Source: Marinifilaceae bacterium
GTDB lineage: Bacteria > Bacteroidota > Bacteroidia > Bacteroidales > Marinifilaceae
Assembly: GCA_041846495.1 (NCBI GenBank)
Contig: JBGZEX010000075.1
Location: 1,238 to 65,237, forward strand
Direction of reading: 5' to 3'
Length of the DNA: 64,000 bases
The translations under genes and the position numbers were made by a program. The notes beneath the pieces are model-generated. The model searched no databases, was not told the origin of the DNA, and worked only from the letters and a program-made list of their open reading frames with translations. Each line of letters opens with the position of its first letter. Position 1 is the stretch's first letter. Positions 38,774 through 48,325 of this stretch are shown here, in pieces.

Positions 38774-39295
38774 ATGATGTTTATCAGATATTGGTTTGTT
38801 TGTTTTTTGGGGATATTTGCTGCTTTCCCCTGTTTTTCTCAAATCGGAAATTCCGTTGATTCCGTCCTTTTGTACGATGAGTTCGGAAAACCCGTACAAT
38901 TACCGTTGATAGGAGAGAAGAAATTGTTGCTGTTTTATTTTGATCCCGATCATCCCGGACAAAATAGGAGATTGGTGGATTATTTGATGGGTGAAAATAT
39001 GGATTCTTCGGATATGGGTTGTTATGCCGTAGTGAATCTTTACGATGCCCCGCTTTTATCCAAAGCGCTTTTGGAAGAAGTGGTTTACGGGGAAGTGGGA
39101 AGACTCGGAATAAAAGTTTATTACGATCCCGCCAATATATTGAGTACGAATTGGAAGTTGGGAGATGTCAATAATAAGTTCGTCGTGATCTTTGTTAATA
39201 AAGAAAAATTTATAGAGTTTTATTATACGGGGGAATTGGACGAAGCCTCATTTGACGGATTGATTCGTTTGATGGGTATTTATAAAAAAGAGTGA
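38774..39295 (+). CDS. Secreted small protein, tentatively YtfJ-like / thioredoxin-fold
   Basis: 173 aa. Signal peptide ..FPCFSQ. Loose by-eye resemblance to periplasmic YtfJ in layout (..KKLLLFYF.., ..FVVIFVNKE..). The family call is weak. Confidence 0.45.
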   Translation: MMFIRYWFVCFLGIFAAFPCFSQIGNSVDSVLLYDEFGKPVQLPLIGEKKLLLFYFDPDHPGQNRRLVDYLMGENMDSSDMGCYAVVNLYDAPLLSKALLEEVVYGEVGRLGIKVYYDPANILSTNWKLGDVNNKFVVIFVNKEKFIEFYYTGELDEASFDGLIRLMGIYKKE

Positions 39296-39342
39296 ACAAA
39301 ATTATTCGTAGTTACAGCGATTTTTGTTCACTCTCGATTTTT
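39284..39342. terminator. Bidirectional intrinsic terminator (12-bp stem)
   Basis: gagtgaacaaaa (39290-39301) pairs with ttttgttcactc (39322-39333). On the minus strand it is followed by an uninterrupted TTTTTT (39289-39284), and on the plus strand by tcgattttt. Confidence 0.7.
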
Positions 39343-39413
39343 AGGATAATTAAAGGTGAAAACAGTTTGCAAGCCTGTAATCCCTGTGCTTTTATCCCGA
39401 AAGCAGGTAATTG

Positions 39414-39587
39414 AATATCCGGCAGGTCTTCTGACTTATTCCTGAAGAATGCGCCTTCCCGTTTTTAATCCGAAACAGTGGCATAATGCATTCTTTTTTC
39501 GGAAGTTACAGCAGCGGGTACTGTACGGGATTTTCACCCGTTTCCCTTTTCATTTATGCATTTTTGTGCGAATAAACACCGGATATT
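39414..39587 (-). promoter_or_regulatory. Cobalamin (B12) riboswitch aptamer
   Basis: On the minus strand: P1 AATATCCGG/CCGGATATT, GGGAAACGGGTGAAAATCCCGTACAGTACCCGCTGCTGTAA, GCCACTG, GGGAAGGC, and B12 box AGTCAGAAGACCTGCC. Confidence 0.85.
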
Positions 39588-39591
39588 ATTG

Positions 39592-39599
39592 CAAATGTA
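39592..39599 (-). promoter_or_regulatory. Bacteroidota -7 promoter element (TAnnTTTG) for the riboswitch transcript
   Basis: The minus strand reads tacatttg and ends 4 nt before the first P1 base. Confidence 0.5.
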
Positions 39600-39649
39600 C
39601 GTTCTTTATTTATCAATAACAATAGTAGAACTCGAAAATATGGAAAAAC

Positions 39650-41473
39650 TTATTCTTCCGTATTCGTTTTGGATTTTTCCATTCTTTTACGTTGGTTTTC
39701 GTCGAGGATGATTTTTCGCAATCTCATGGATTTCGGACAAACCTCCACATATTCGTCTTCCTGTATGTATTCCAAAGCTTCCTCCAAACTGAATATGACG
39801 GGAGGGGCGATATTGGTTTTTTCGTCGGAACCGCTGGCCCGCATATTGGTTAATTTTTTGGATTTGCATACATTGATTACGATGTCTTCCGAACGGGTGC
39901 TTTCCCCGATGACTTGGCCCGCATATACCTCTTCTCCCGGAGCGATAAAGAATTTTCCCCTGTCTTGGAGTTTATTGATGGCATAGGCATAGGCTTGTCC
40001 GGTTTCCATTGCAATAAGAGAACCGTTGGTACGCATTTCTATTTCGCCCTTATAGGGTTCGAATTCTTTGAATCTGTGAGATAAAATAGCTTCGCCTCCG
40101 GAGATTGTAAGCAGAGATGCGCGGAGCCCGATAATACCTCTCGAGGGAATTTCGAAGTTCATAACGGTGCGTTCGTTCCTGTTCTCCATATTCAGCAGGA
40201 CGCCCTTGCGTTTTGTCACCATCTCGATGGCTTTGCCGGAATATTCGTCCGGAATATCTATGCTCAACTCCTCTACGGGTTCGTGTTTTTTGCCCTCGAT
40301 TTCTTTTATAATGACTTTGGGCTGACCTACTTGAAGTTCATAACCCTCGCGCCGCATGGTTTCGATGAGTACGCTTAAGTGGAGCACGCCTCGTCCGTAT
40401 ACGATAAAGGAATCGGCGCTTTCGCCCGGACTTACCCTTAGGGCGAGGTTTTTTTCCAATTCTTTCTCCAAACGTTCCTTAATGTGTCTGGAGGTTACGA
40501 ATTTTCCTTCTTTCCCGAAGAAGGGAGAATTGTTTATGGTAAACAGCATGCTCATCGTAGGTTCGTCGATGGCGATGGGGGTAAGAGCTTCCGGATTTTG
40601 AAAATCGGCAATCGTATCTCCTATTTCAAAACCGTCGATGCCGACGATTGCGCAGATTTCTCCCGAATGCACTTCTTCGACTTTGGTTTTTTCCAATCCT
40701 TCGAACAGCATCAATTCTTTGATGCGTTTCTTCTCCACGGTTTTCCCGTCTCTTTTGCACAGGGTTACGGCCATGCCGGAATTCAATGTCCCCCGGGAAA
40801 GTTTGCCTACGGCAATACGCCCTATATAAGGAGAATATTCCAAAGAGGTAATAAGCATTTGAGGTGTTCCGGCTCCCGTTTGCGGAGCGGGGATGTTTTC
40901 GATTATCGTATCCAAGAGTACCGTGATATCGGTTGTGGGTTTTCGCCAATCGAGAGACATCCAGCCTTGTTTTGCACTTCCGTATACGGTCTTGAAATTC
41001 AATTGGTCTTCATCGGCTCCTAAGGAATACATGAGTTCGAATACTTCTTCCTGTACCTCGTCCGGCCGGCAATTCGGCTTATCCACTTTGTTGATGACGA
41101 CGATTGCTTTTTTGCCCAATCCCAAAGCTTTCTGAAGTACGAAGCGGGTTTGCGGCATCGTGCCCTCGAAGGCATCCACTAAGAGAAGTACTCCGTCCGC
41201 CATATTTAAAACCCGTTCCACCTCCCCTCCGAAGTCCGAGTGTCCGGGAGTATCTATAATGTTGATTTTGTAGCCGTTGTATCTTACGGATACGTTTTTG
41301 GATAAAATGGTGATTCCCCTTTCCCGTTCGAGGTCGTTATTGTCCAAAATAAGTTCTTTCCCCTGTTTTTCGTTTTCTCTGAAAAGTTTGCCTTGAAGAA
41401 TCATCTTGTCGACTATGGTCGTTTTCCCGTGGTCGACGTGCGCGATGATGGCGATGTTCCTAAGTTTTTGCAT
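39650..41473 (-). CDS. typA: Translational GTPase TypA/BipA
   Basis: 607 aa. [29 protein letters not shown]-like domains. Confidence 0.95.
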   Translation of the reverse strand: MQKLRNIAIIAHVDHGKTTIVDKMILQGKLFRENEKQGKELILDNNDLERERGITILSKNVSVRYNGYKINIIDTPGHSDFGGEVERVLNMADGVLLLVDAFEGTMPQTRFVLQKALGLGKKAIVVINKVDKPNCRPDEVQEEVFELMYSLGADEDQLNFKTVYGSAKQGWMSLDWRKPTTDITVLLDTIIENIPAPQTGAGTPQMLITSLEYSPYIGRIAVGKLSRGTLNSGMAVTLCKRDGKTVEKKRIKELMLFEGLEKTKVEEVHSGEICAIVGIDGFEIGDTIADFQNPEALTPIAIDEPTMSMLFTINNSPFFGKEGKFVTSRHIKERLEKELEKNLALRVSPGESADSFIVYGRGVLHLSVLIETMRREGYELQVGQPKVIIKEIEGKKHEPVEELSIDIPDEYSGKAIEMVTKRKGVLLNMENRNERTVMNFEIPSRGIIGLRASLLTISGGEAILSHRFKEFEPYKGEIEMRTNGSLIAMETGQAYAYAINKLQDRGKFFIAPGEEVYAGQVIGESTRSEDIVINVCKSKKLTNMRASGSDEKTNIAPPVIFSLEEALEYIQEDEYVEVCPKSMRLRKIILDENQRKRMEKSKTNTEE

Positions 41474-41493
41474 CTTGAATTCAATTTAGGGTG

Positions 41494-41501
41494 CAAATTT
41501 A
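41494..41501 (-). promoter_or_regulatory. Bacteroidota -7 promoter element (TAnnTTTG)
   Basis: The minus strand reads taaatttg, 21 nt upstream of the typA ATG. Confidence 0.5.
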
Positions 41502-41659
41502 CGACAATAAATTGAAAATGCGGATTATTCTAAGAATCGAATATTCTTTTTTAACATTGTTTTCAGGGGAATGCGAAAATGACGGGAATAAAATCGAAAG
41601 GTATTCGGAATTCGATGTTTTCGGGAAATGTAAAAAATATCTAAATCGGGAAAAATTCG

Positions 41660-41730
41660 AGGTCGGTAGCAGATTTGAACTGCTGTACGCGGTTTTGCAG
41701 ACCGCTGCCTAACCACTCGGCCAACCGACC
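41660..41730 (-). tRNA. tRNA-Cys (anticodon GCA)
   Basis: Manual cloverleaf GGTCGGT..GCGGT-CTGCAAA-ACCGC..AGCAG-TTCAAAT-CTGCT-ACCGACC-T. Confidence 0.9.
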
Positions 41731-41745
41731 ATCGATTATTGCTCC

Positions 41746-41753
41746 GCAAAGGT
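41746..41753 (-). promoter_or_regulatory. Bacteroidota -7 promoter element (TAnnTTTG)
   Basis: The minus strand reads tacctttg, 16 nt upstream of the tRNA-Cys 5' end. Confidence 0.55.
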
Positions 41754-41864
41754 AGGTGTTTTTTTTGAAATGCCCAAATTTTTACGTTTTTTCTCTTTGA
41801 GAAATTCGGGGCTGAAGTCCGTCGGACTCCGGTCGAATTTCCTTGTCGAAAACTCGTTTCCTTT

Positions 41865-42233
41865 TTAAATTGCGGATTTGTCGACTTCCAAACTTAGGCT
41901 TGTAGCTCCGATTTTACCTCCGAGCGGCGGATTGAGTTTGGAGATTTTTATACGGATGGATTCGGTTTGAGGAAAGTTTTTATAAAGTTCGTTTACGATT
42001 CTGTGAGCCAAATGTTCCAAAAGATTGGACGGAATAAAAATTTGTTCTTTGATGATTTTATATGCCGTCTGATAATTCAGGGCTCGATTTATGTCGTCGG
42101 TGGCTGCTGCTGCCGTACAGTCGTAGGCGATTCGTACATAGACATCGAATTTGTTTCCTACTTTTCTTTCCGCTGCAAAGCATCCGTGATAGGCAAAAAA
42201 TTCCATGTTTTCCAATTCGATAATTCCGGTCAT
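41865..42233 (-). CDS. folB: Dihydroneopterin aldolase
   Basis: 122 aa. IELENMEFFAYHGCFAAERKVGNKF N-terminus is typical of FolB. Confidence 0.85.
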   Translation of the reverse strand: MTGIIELENMEFFAYHGCFAAERKVGNKFDVYVRIAYDCTAAAATDDINRALNYQTAYKIIKEQIFIPSNLLEHLAHRIVNELYKNFPQTESIRIKISKLNPPLGGKIGATSLSLEVDKSAI

Positions 42234-42563
42234 CGTGTCGTGTTTTTTTGATTATTAATTATTGTATTTAAAGGAAAGGGTCGGAATCCCGACCCTTAAA
42301 CACTTACTAACTACTAACCTAAACCAATAAACTTATGAAAAATCTTTTTCAAAGACGACGCAAAATTAGTGTTTTTATCGGTATTTGAAATTTTTTCGAT
42401 GTTAAATTATATTCAAAATATTTATATGCTTGTTTAATACGCATTTAATGCGTGTCATTGAGACGGCTGTTTGTTTTTTTTGTGGTTTCGGGGGGAATTT
42501 TATTCGAATCATTGCCGGGTTCGTATATTTTAAGTATAATTGTCTTATGTTTCTAAGATTGTT

Positions 42564-43490
42564 ATGGAAGAAGGTTTGGTGATAAAATCGACGGGTAGTT
42601 GGTATACGGTAGTCGTTGGGGAAGGCGAGATTGTAAATGCTCGTTTGAGGGGGAAATTGCGTATGAAAGGCATACGTACGACAAATCCCGTTGCCGTCGG
42701 AGATTGGGTGAAAGTCGTTTTTGAAAGAGGAAGTTGGTCGATATGCGGGATTAAGGAGCGTCGGAATTACATTATTCGCCGTTCGGCAAATCTTTCGAAA
42801 GAAGCTCATGTGGTTGCTGCGAATTTGGATGTGGCCGTGTTGATTGCGACACTGGCGCATCCCGTTACCTCTACCGTTTTTATCGATCGTTTTTTGGCTT
42901 CCGTAGAAGCTTACGATATTCCGGCCGTTTTAATATTCAATAAGGTGGATTTGTACGATGAGGCCGAAAGAAAACGTCTGGAAGATTATACGGAACTTTA
43001 TGGGCGCATAGGATACAAAGTGTTGCACACCTCCGCGGTTACGGGAGAGGGGATTGACGAAATGAAGGAGGTGCTGAAAAACGGAATTACGGTTTTGTCC
43101 GGAATTTCGGGAGTGGGAAAATCGTCGCTTATCAATGCGGTGGAGCCGGGATTGTCCTTGAAAACGGCGATCATATCGGAAGCTTACGATACGGGTAAAC
43201 ATACGACTACGTTTGCAGAGATGTTTCGTTTGAGTTTCGGCGGATTTATAGTGGATACGCCCGGGTTGAGAAGTTTCGGGAATTTCGATATGAAAAGGGC
43301 GGAGATATCTCATTATTTTCCGGAGATGTTTAAGATTTCGGATAATTGCCGGTTTCATAACTGTATTCATGTGGACGAGCCGGGTTGTGCCGTGTTGGAA
43401 GCCGTGGGGAGGGGCGAAATCGCGGAGAGCCGTTATATGAGTTATCTCAGTATGCTGGAGGAGGAAGCGACGGGCTCCAAGTATCGTTGA
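42564..43490 (+). CDS. rsgA: Ribosome small-subunit-dependent GTPase A
   Basis: OB-fold N-terminus, circularly permuted GTPase (NKVDL .. GISGVGKSSL), zinc finger CRFHNCIHVDEPGCAV. Start at ATG 42564. Confidence 0.9.
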   Translation: MEEGLVIKSTGSWYTVVVGEGEIVNARLRGKLRMKGIRTTNPVAVGDWVKVVFERGSWSICGIKERRNYIIRRSANLSKEAHVVAANLDVAVLIATLAHPVTSTVFIDRFLASVEAYDIPAVLIFNKVDLYDEAERKRLEDYTELYGRIGYKVLHTSAVTGEGIDEMKEVLKNGITVLSGISGVGKSSLINAVEPGLSLKTAIISEAYDTGKHTTTFAEMFRLSFGGFIVDTPGLRSFGNFDMKRAEISHYFPEMFKISDNCRFHNCIHVDEPGCAVLEAVGRGEIAESRYMSYLSMLEEEATGSKYR

Positions 43491-43593
43491 TTATTCGATA
43501 TCCGGGCGATTCTTTCGGAAAAGAATGAAGGGCGGAGGTTCGCTTTGATAATAAAATAATTAGTATTTTTCTGCAGACTTACAATATTTTTTG

Positions 43594-43601
43594 TACCTTT
43601 G
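43594..43601 (+). promoter_or_regulatory. Bacteroidota -7 promoter element (TAnnTTTG)
   Basis: tacctttg, 23 nt upstream of the GTG start at 43624. Confidence 0.5.
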
Positions 43602-43623
43602 CGGAGTTTTATTGTAAACTGCC

Positions 43624-44139
43624 GTGGACAGGTTGAGAGAGTATAAAGTGGCCTTCAGGGGATTAAAGGAGGGGAAGCATGAATTTTCTTATGTGATGGA
43701 TTCTGCTTTTTTCTCTTGTTTCGAAAAGACTGTGGGGACGGAAGGGAATTTGGAAGCTCGTGTACTTATAGACAAATCCGCATTGTTGATGGAGGTGACG
43801 ATATCGATAGAGGGGGAGGTGAAGGCCGTTTGTGACAGGTGTTTGGGAGATGTGGATTTCCGGATGGCGGCTTCGATGAAGTTGTTTGTAAAGCAGGGCG
43901 ATCCGAAAGACGGGAACTCGGATGACTTTTTAGTTGTGGGGGCTGGGGATGATTATATAGATTTCAGCACATACCTCTATGAGTTGTATATGGTTAATCT
44001 TCCGGTCCGAATTGTTCATCCTGAAGGAGAATGCGATACATTCATGAATACGATATTGGATAAATATCTGCTTAAGGAAGACGAGACGTCAGAGACGGAT
44101 CCGCGGTGGAACGCACTTAAAAATATAATTAACAATTAA
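43624..44139 (+). CDS. yceD: YceD/DUF177 family protein (large-subunit rRNA accumulation protein)
   Basis: 171 aa. CDRCL motif. Conserved position directly upstream of rpmF. Confidence 0.75.
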   Translation: MDRLREYKVAFRGLKEGKHEFSYVMDSAFFSCFEKTVGTEGNLEARVLIDKSALLMEVTISIEGEVKAVCDRCLGDVDFRMAASMKLFVKQGDPKDGNSDDFLVVGAGDDYIDFSTYLYELYMVNLPVRIVHPEGECDTFMNTILDKYLLKEDETSETDPRWNALKNIINN

Positions 44140-44150
44140 ATACTATAGAG

Positions 44151-44336
44151 ATGGCACATCCTAAACGAAGACAGTCGAAGACCAGAAGAGATAAAAGAAG
44201 GACTCATGATGCAATCACCGCTCCAACGGTGGCCAAATGTTCAAATTGCGGAGCTGCTGTGAAATATCATACCGTATGTTCCGAATGCGGATATTACAGG
44301 GGTAAGCTGGCGATAGAAAAAGAAGTTGTGGCATAA
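44151..44336 (+). CDS. rpmF: 50S ribosomal protein L32
   Basis: 61 aa. MAHPKRRQSKTRRDKRR and CxxC..CxxC zinc-ribbon. Confidence 0.92.
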   Translation: MAHPKRRQSKTRRDKRRTHDAITAPTVAKCSNCGAAVKYHTVCSECGYYRGKLAIEKEVVA

Positions 44337-44425
44337 ATCCTTTTTGTTATCGGAATTTGTTTGCCCCTTGTGTCTTTACAGGGGGCATTGTGTGTATATG
44401 CATAGTTGTAATTTAATGAATACTT

Positions 44426-45433
44426 ATGGAAAGATGTAGGGCAGCAATAAAGGGAATAGGTGCTTATTGGCCTGAAGAAGTTATTACCAATGACGATTTG
44501 GCGAAAATGGTCGATACTTCGGATGAATGGATTATGACCCGAGTCGGTATTAAACAGCGTCATATCATGAAAGATCCCGCAAAAGCCACTGCTTGGATGG
44601 GAGCGCGGGCCGTAGAAGAACTTTTGAAAAAAACGGGAACTAAGCCCGAAGATGTGGATCTTTTGATTTGTTCGACGGTTACTCCCGACAGACATTTCCC
44701 CGCAACGGCAAATATCATTTCCGATATGGTGGGTATAAAAAATGCCTTTAGTTTCGATTTGAACGCCGGCTGTTCGGGATTTATTTTCGGCTTGGTTACG
44801 GCAACCCAATATGTGGAAAACGGACGGTATAAAAAGGTGATTTTGGTAGGAGCCGAAAAAATGACTACGATCGTGGATTATGAAGACAGAGCGACGTCCC
44901 CTCTTTTCGGAGACGGAGCGGCTGCCGTTCTATTGGAACCGACTACGGAAGATGTGGGAATTGTAGATCACCTTTTGCATTCCGACGGTATCGGCATCAA
45001 GTATCTTTATATGGAAGCGGGAGGTTCGCTTAATCCGCCTTCTGCCGAAACGGTGGAGAAAAGGAAACATTATATTACCCAGGACGGTCCTCATGTGTTC
45101 AAACATGCGGTTTCGAAAATGGCGGATGTCTCCTGTGAGATGATGGAACGGAATAATCTTAAGGCCGAGGATTTGGCATGGCTGATTCCTCACCAGGCGA
45201 ATCTCCGGATTATCGATGCTACCGCCAAACGTATGGGATTGGATCCGGCTAAGGTGATGATAAATATCGAGCGTTTCGGAAATACGACGGCTGCTACGAT
45301 TCCTTTATGTATTTACGAATGGGAACCTCGGCTCCGTAAGGGAGATAATATTATACTTGCCGCATTCGGAGCGGGATTTACATGGGGGTCCGTATATTTG
45401 AAATGGGCATACGACTATAAGGGATTGAATTGA
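44426..45433 (+). CDS. fabH: Beta-ketoacyl-ACP synthase III
   Basis: 335 aa. Catalytic triad contexts LNAGCSGF, IPHQAN, GNTTAATIP. Confidence 0.92.
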   Translation: MERCRAAIKGIGAYWPEEVITNDDLAKMVDTSDEWIMTRVGIKQRHIMKDPAKATAWMGARAVEELLKKTGTKPEDVDLLICSTVTPDRHFPATANIISDMVGIKNAFSFDLNAGCSGFIFGLVTATQYVENGRYKKVILVGAEKMTTIVDYEDRATSPLFGDGAAAVLLEPTTEDVGIVDHLLHSDGIGIKYLYMEAGGSLNPPSAETVEKRKHYITQDGPHVFKHAVSKMADVSCEMMERNNLKAEDLAWLIPHQANLRIIDATAKRMGLDPAKVMINIERFGNTTAATIPLCIYEWEPRLRKGDNIILAAFGAGFTWGSVYLKWAYDYKGLN

Positions 45434-45456
45434 GTGGGAATTCTATTTGATATCGC

Positions 45457-45495
45457 AACATTCGTAAGAAAAAGTTTTCTTGCGAATGTTTTTTA
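45457..45495 (+). terminator. Rho-independent terminator after fabH
   Basis: Long hairpin aacattcgtaagaaaa / ttttcttgcgaatgtt (one G-T pair) followed by ttttt. Confidence 0.7.
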
Positions 45496-45538
45496 ATCAC
45501 TGAGGTTATTATATATTCAACCCGAAATAAATACGAAT

Positions 45539-46294
45539 ATGAATACCTTGATATTGATACCGGCAAGATATGCTTCCACCCGTTTTCCGGGTAAGCCTAT
45601 TGCAGTATTGGGCGATAAAACGGTCATACAGCATGTAGTCGAAGCTGCGGAAAAATTTACCGAATATACGTATGTGGCAACGGACGATTCGGCGATTTTC
45701 GATCGGGTTCTCTCATTCGGAGGCAAGGCGATTATGACATCGGAATTTCATCGGAGCGGGACGGATAGATGCAGGGAGGCGATGCGGAAGGTCGTTCGGA
45801 AATACGGGGAAAAATATTTTGATGTGGTGGTCAATCTTCAGGGAGACGAGCCTTTTGCAAATCCCGAGGATATAGCCCGTCTTGCAGACTGTTTTTCCGA
45901 TTCGAATGTGGATATCGCTACATTGGCAAAGCGTTTCGATGGGACGGAAGACGTGACGGATCCCAATAAGGTGAAAGTGGTGACCGATATCGGAGGAAAT
46001 GCCTTGTATTTTTCGCGTTCGCCCATCCCTTATTTCCGGGGAAAGGAAAAAGCCGATTGGGTGGAAAGTGCCGATTATTATAAACATATAGGGATGTATG
46101 CTTACAGACCTCATATTTTAGAAGCCATTGCCGACCTCCCCGCAGGGAAATTGGAAACGGTCGAATCCTTGGAACAATTGCGTTGGCTCGAGAACGGCTA
46201 CCGGATTGCAGTGCGGTATACGGAGCACGAATCCGTGGGAATAGACAGCCCGGAAGACCTTGTGCGGGCAGAAAAAATATTGAAAATGAAGTAA
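45539..46294 (+). CDS. kdsB: 3-deoxy-manno-octulosonate cytidylyltransferase (CMP-Kdo synthetase)
   Basis: 251 aa. IPARYASTRFPGKP and NLQGDEP motifs. Confidence 0.92.
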   Translation: MNTLILIPARYASTRFPGKPIAVLGDKTVIQHVVEAAEKFTEYTYVATDDSAIFDRVLSFGGKAIMTSEFHRSGTDRCREAMRKVVRKYGEKYFDVVVNLQGDEPFANPEDIARLADCFSDSNVDIATLAKRFDGTEDVTDPNKVKVVTDIGGNALYFSRSPIPYFRGKEKADWVESADYYKHIGMYAYRPHILEAIADLPAGKLETVESLEQLRWLENGYRIAVRYTEHESVGIDSPEDLVRAEKILKMK

Positions 46295-46372
46295 AAACAC
46301 CGGCAGTCTCTCGATATCAAAGCAAAACACGACCGCCGGATTTCGCATCATTCGAAGATTTTATGGAAAATC

Positions 46373-46936
46373 TTATATGGTCATGATATCCTTTTCTTTT
46401 ATGACCAGCATATCGTCTACTTTTTTGTTGAATTCATCGGTAAGTTTTTGAACGGAGTCTTCGGCATCTTTTCCCATGTCCTCACCCAATCCGTCTTTTA
46501 CCATTTTTCGGAAATTTTCAATGGCATCCCGACGTGCATTTCTTATGCTTATTTTCGTATTCTCTCCGATGTTTTTGCATTGCTTGACCAAATCCTTACG
46601 TCTTTCTTCCGTAAGAACGGGAATATTGATACGTATCAAATCGCCGTTATTCTCCGGATTAAGGCCGATGTTGGCAGCCATAATAGCTTTTTCGATAACC
46701 GGAATCATATTTTTTTCCCAAGGTTGTATTGCAATCGTCCGAGGATCGGGAACGCTTATGTTTGCAACTTGTGAAAGGGGGGTGGGATTCCCGTAATAAT
46801 CGACCGTAATGCCGTTCAATATTTTGGGATTGGCCCTTCCTGCACGGATTCGGGCAAGTTCCTCCTCCAAATGAGAGATGCTGTTTTGCATCTGCTCTTT
46901 CGTATCGTCGAGATATAGTTTCACTTCCTCGTTCAT
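46373..46936 (-). CDS. frr: Ribosome recycling factor
   Basis: 187 aa. Canonical RRF sequence (LEEELARIRAGRANP, LTEERRKDLVK). Confidence 0.95.
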   Translation of the reverse strand: MNEEVKLYLDDTKEQMQNSISHLEEELARIRAGRANPKILNGITVDYYGNPTPLSQVANISVPDPRTIAIQPWEKNMIPVIEKAIMAANIGLNPENNGDLIRINIPVLTEERRKDLVKQCKNIGENTKISIRNARRDAIENFRKMVKDGLGEDMGKDAEDSVQKLTDEFNKKVDDMLVIKEKDIMTI

Positions 46937-46966
46937 AGTTGTTTGATTAAATTATTCTTCGATAAA

Positions 46967-46974
46967 CAAATATA
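46967..46974 (-). promoter_or_regulatory. Bacteroidota -7 promoter element (TAnnTTTG)
   Basis: The minus strand reads tatatttg, 31 nt upstream of the frr ATG. Confidence 0.5.
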
Positions 46975-47035
46975 GAGAAAAAGAATAAATTATACAAATA
47001 TGTCCGAACTTCATGGATGTTTTTCTTATAAAGCT

Positions 47036-47043
47036 TAACTTTG
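47036..47043 (+). promoter_or_regulatory. Bacteroidota -7 promoter element (TAnnTTTG)
   Basis: taactttg, 27 nt upstream of the ATG at 47070. Confidence 0.5.
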
Positions 47044-47069
47044 CGGAGAAATAAATCCGGGTTTTTATA

Positions 47070-48311
47070 ATGGAACGTAAATCATTCGAGCTCATGGCTC
47101 CGGTAGGTTCTTACGAATCTTTGTATGCTGCGATTCAAGGGCATGCGGATGCCGTATATTTCGGAGTCGGGGATTTGAACATGCGCTCGCGTTCGGCGTC
47201 GAACTTCGGCGTCGAAGATATAGCTGCGATAGTTGCGATATGCAGGGAGCATAACCTCAAAGCTTATCTCACGGTGAATACTATTATTTACGATAACGAG
47301 ACGGAGAAAATGCAAAATCTCGTTCAAGTGGCGAAAAAAGAAGGAGTTACTGCCGTCATCGCTTCGGATATTGCCGTTATTCTCTATGCCCGTTCCATAG
47401 GAATGGAAGTTCATATAAGCACCCAATGCAATATTACGAATTACGAATCGGTGAAATTCTACGCCCGTTATGCGGATGTGCTCGTATTGGCCAGGGAATT
47501 GACTTTGAAAAGGGTAAAGGATATATACGACAGGATAGAGGCCGACAATATTTGCGGACCTTCCGGAGAGAGGATAAAAATCGAGATGTTCGTTCACGGA
47601 GCTTTGTGTATGGCCGTATCGGGCAAATGTTATCTCAGTCTTCACGAGAAGAATCTTTCGGCAAATCGGGGTGCCTGCAATCAGATATGCCGCAGAGCTT
47701 ATACGGTGAAAGACCGGGATGAAGAAATAGAGTTGGATATAGAAAACGAATATATTATGTCGCCTAAGGACCTTTGCACCATAGGTTTTATCGACAAACT
47801 TATGGATGCGGGGGTGCGTGTGTTCAAAATAGAAGGGAGGGCCCGTTCGGCGGAATATGTGCGTACGGTTTGCGAATGCTACGATGAGGCATTGAATGCC
47901 TGTTTGGCGGGAGATTATCGTTCCGAAAATATAGAGGCTTGGAAATCCCGGTTGAGAACGGTATTCAATCGCGGTTTTTGGGATGGGTATTATCTCGGAC
48001 AAAGGCTTGGAGAATGGAGCGAAGTCTACGGTTCCAAAGCTACCCTCCGTCGGGAGTATGTGGGTAAGGTTACCAATTATTTTTCGAATCTTAAAGTAGC
48101 CGAATGTAAATTGGAGGCTTACGATCTTAAGATAGGCGATCGAATAATTGTCGTCGGACCCGCTACGGGAGTCGTGGAATGTATCGTAACGGAACTCCGT
48201 CTCGAATTGACTCCTATTCCTCGGGTCGGGAAAGGAGATGTATTTTCTCTCCCCGTATCCGGGAAAGTACGGAGGGGAGACAAAATATATAAAATGGTGG
48301 CGGCTTCCTGA
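47070..48311 (+). CDS. Peptidase U32 family protein (PrtC/collagenase-like)
   Basis: 413 aa. N-terminus ELMAPVGSYESLYAAIQGHADAVYFG and the Cys-containing central region are typical of U32. Confidence 0.85.
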   Translation: MERKSFELMAPVGSYESLYAAIQGHADAVYFGVGDLNMRSRSASNFGVEDIAAIVAICREHNLKAYLTVNTIIYDNETEKMQNLVQVAKKEGVTAVIASDIAVILYARSIGMEVHISTQCNITNYESVKFYARYADVLVLARELTLKRVKDIYDRIEADNICGPSGERIKIEMFVHGALCMAVSGKCYLSLHEKNLSANRGACNQICRRAYTVKDRDEEIELDIENEYIMSPKDLCTIGFIDKLMDAGVRVFKIEGRARSAEYVRTVCECYDEALNACLAGDYRSENIEAWKSRLRTVFNRGFWDGYYLGQRLGEWSEVYGSKATLRREYVGKVTNYFSNLKVAECKLEAYDLKIGDRIIVVGPATGVVECIVTELRLELTPIPRVGKGDVFSLPVSGKVRRGDKIYKMVAAS

Positions 48312-48325
48312 GTGTTTGCCGCAAT

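Noticed and set aside
37598-39414. asd as the regulated target of the cobalamin riboswitch
   Set aside because: About 820 nt, a strong intrinsic terminator and an opposite-strand gene separate the aptamer from asd. asd also has its own TAnnTTTG element at 38622-38615. I cannot exclude read-through, but it is not the parsimonious reading.
42345-42398. 17-codon mini-ORF (MKNLFQRRRKISVFIGI) in the folB/rsgA spacer, considered as a leader peptide
   Set aside because: It has no ribosome-binding context or attenuator structure that I could link to it, and it is too short to assess from sequence alone.
47082-48002. 306-aa minus-strand ORF
   Set aside because: It lies fully inside the U32 peptidase CDS on the opposite strand and has no motif support.
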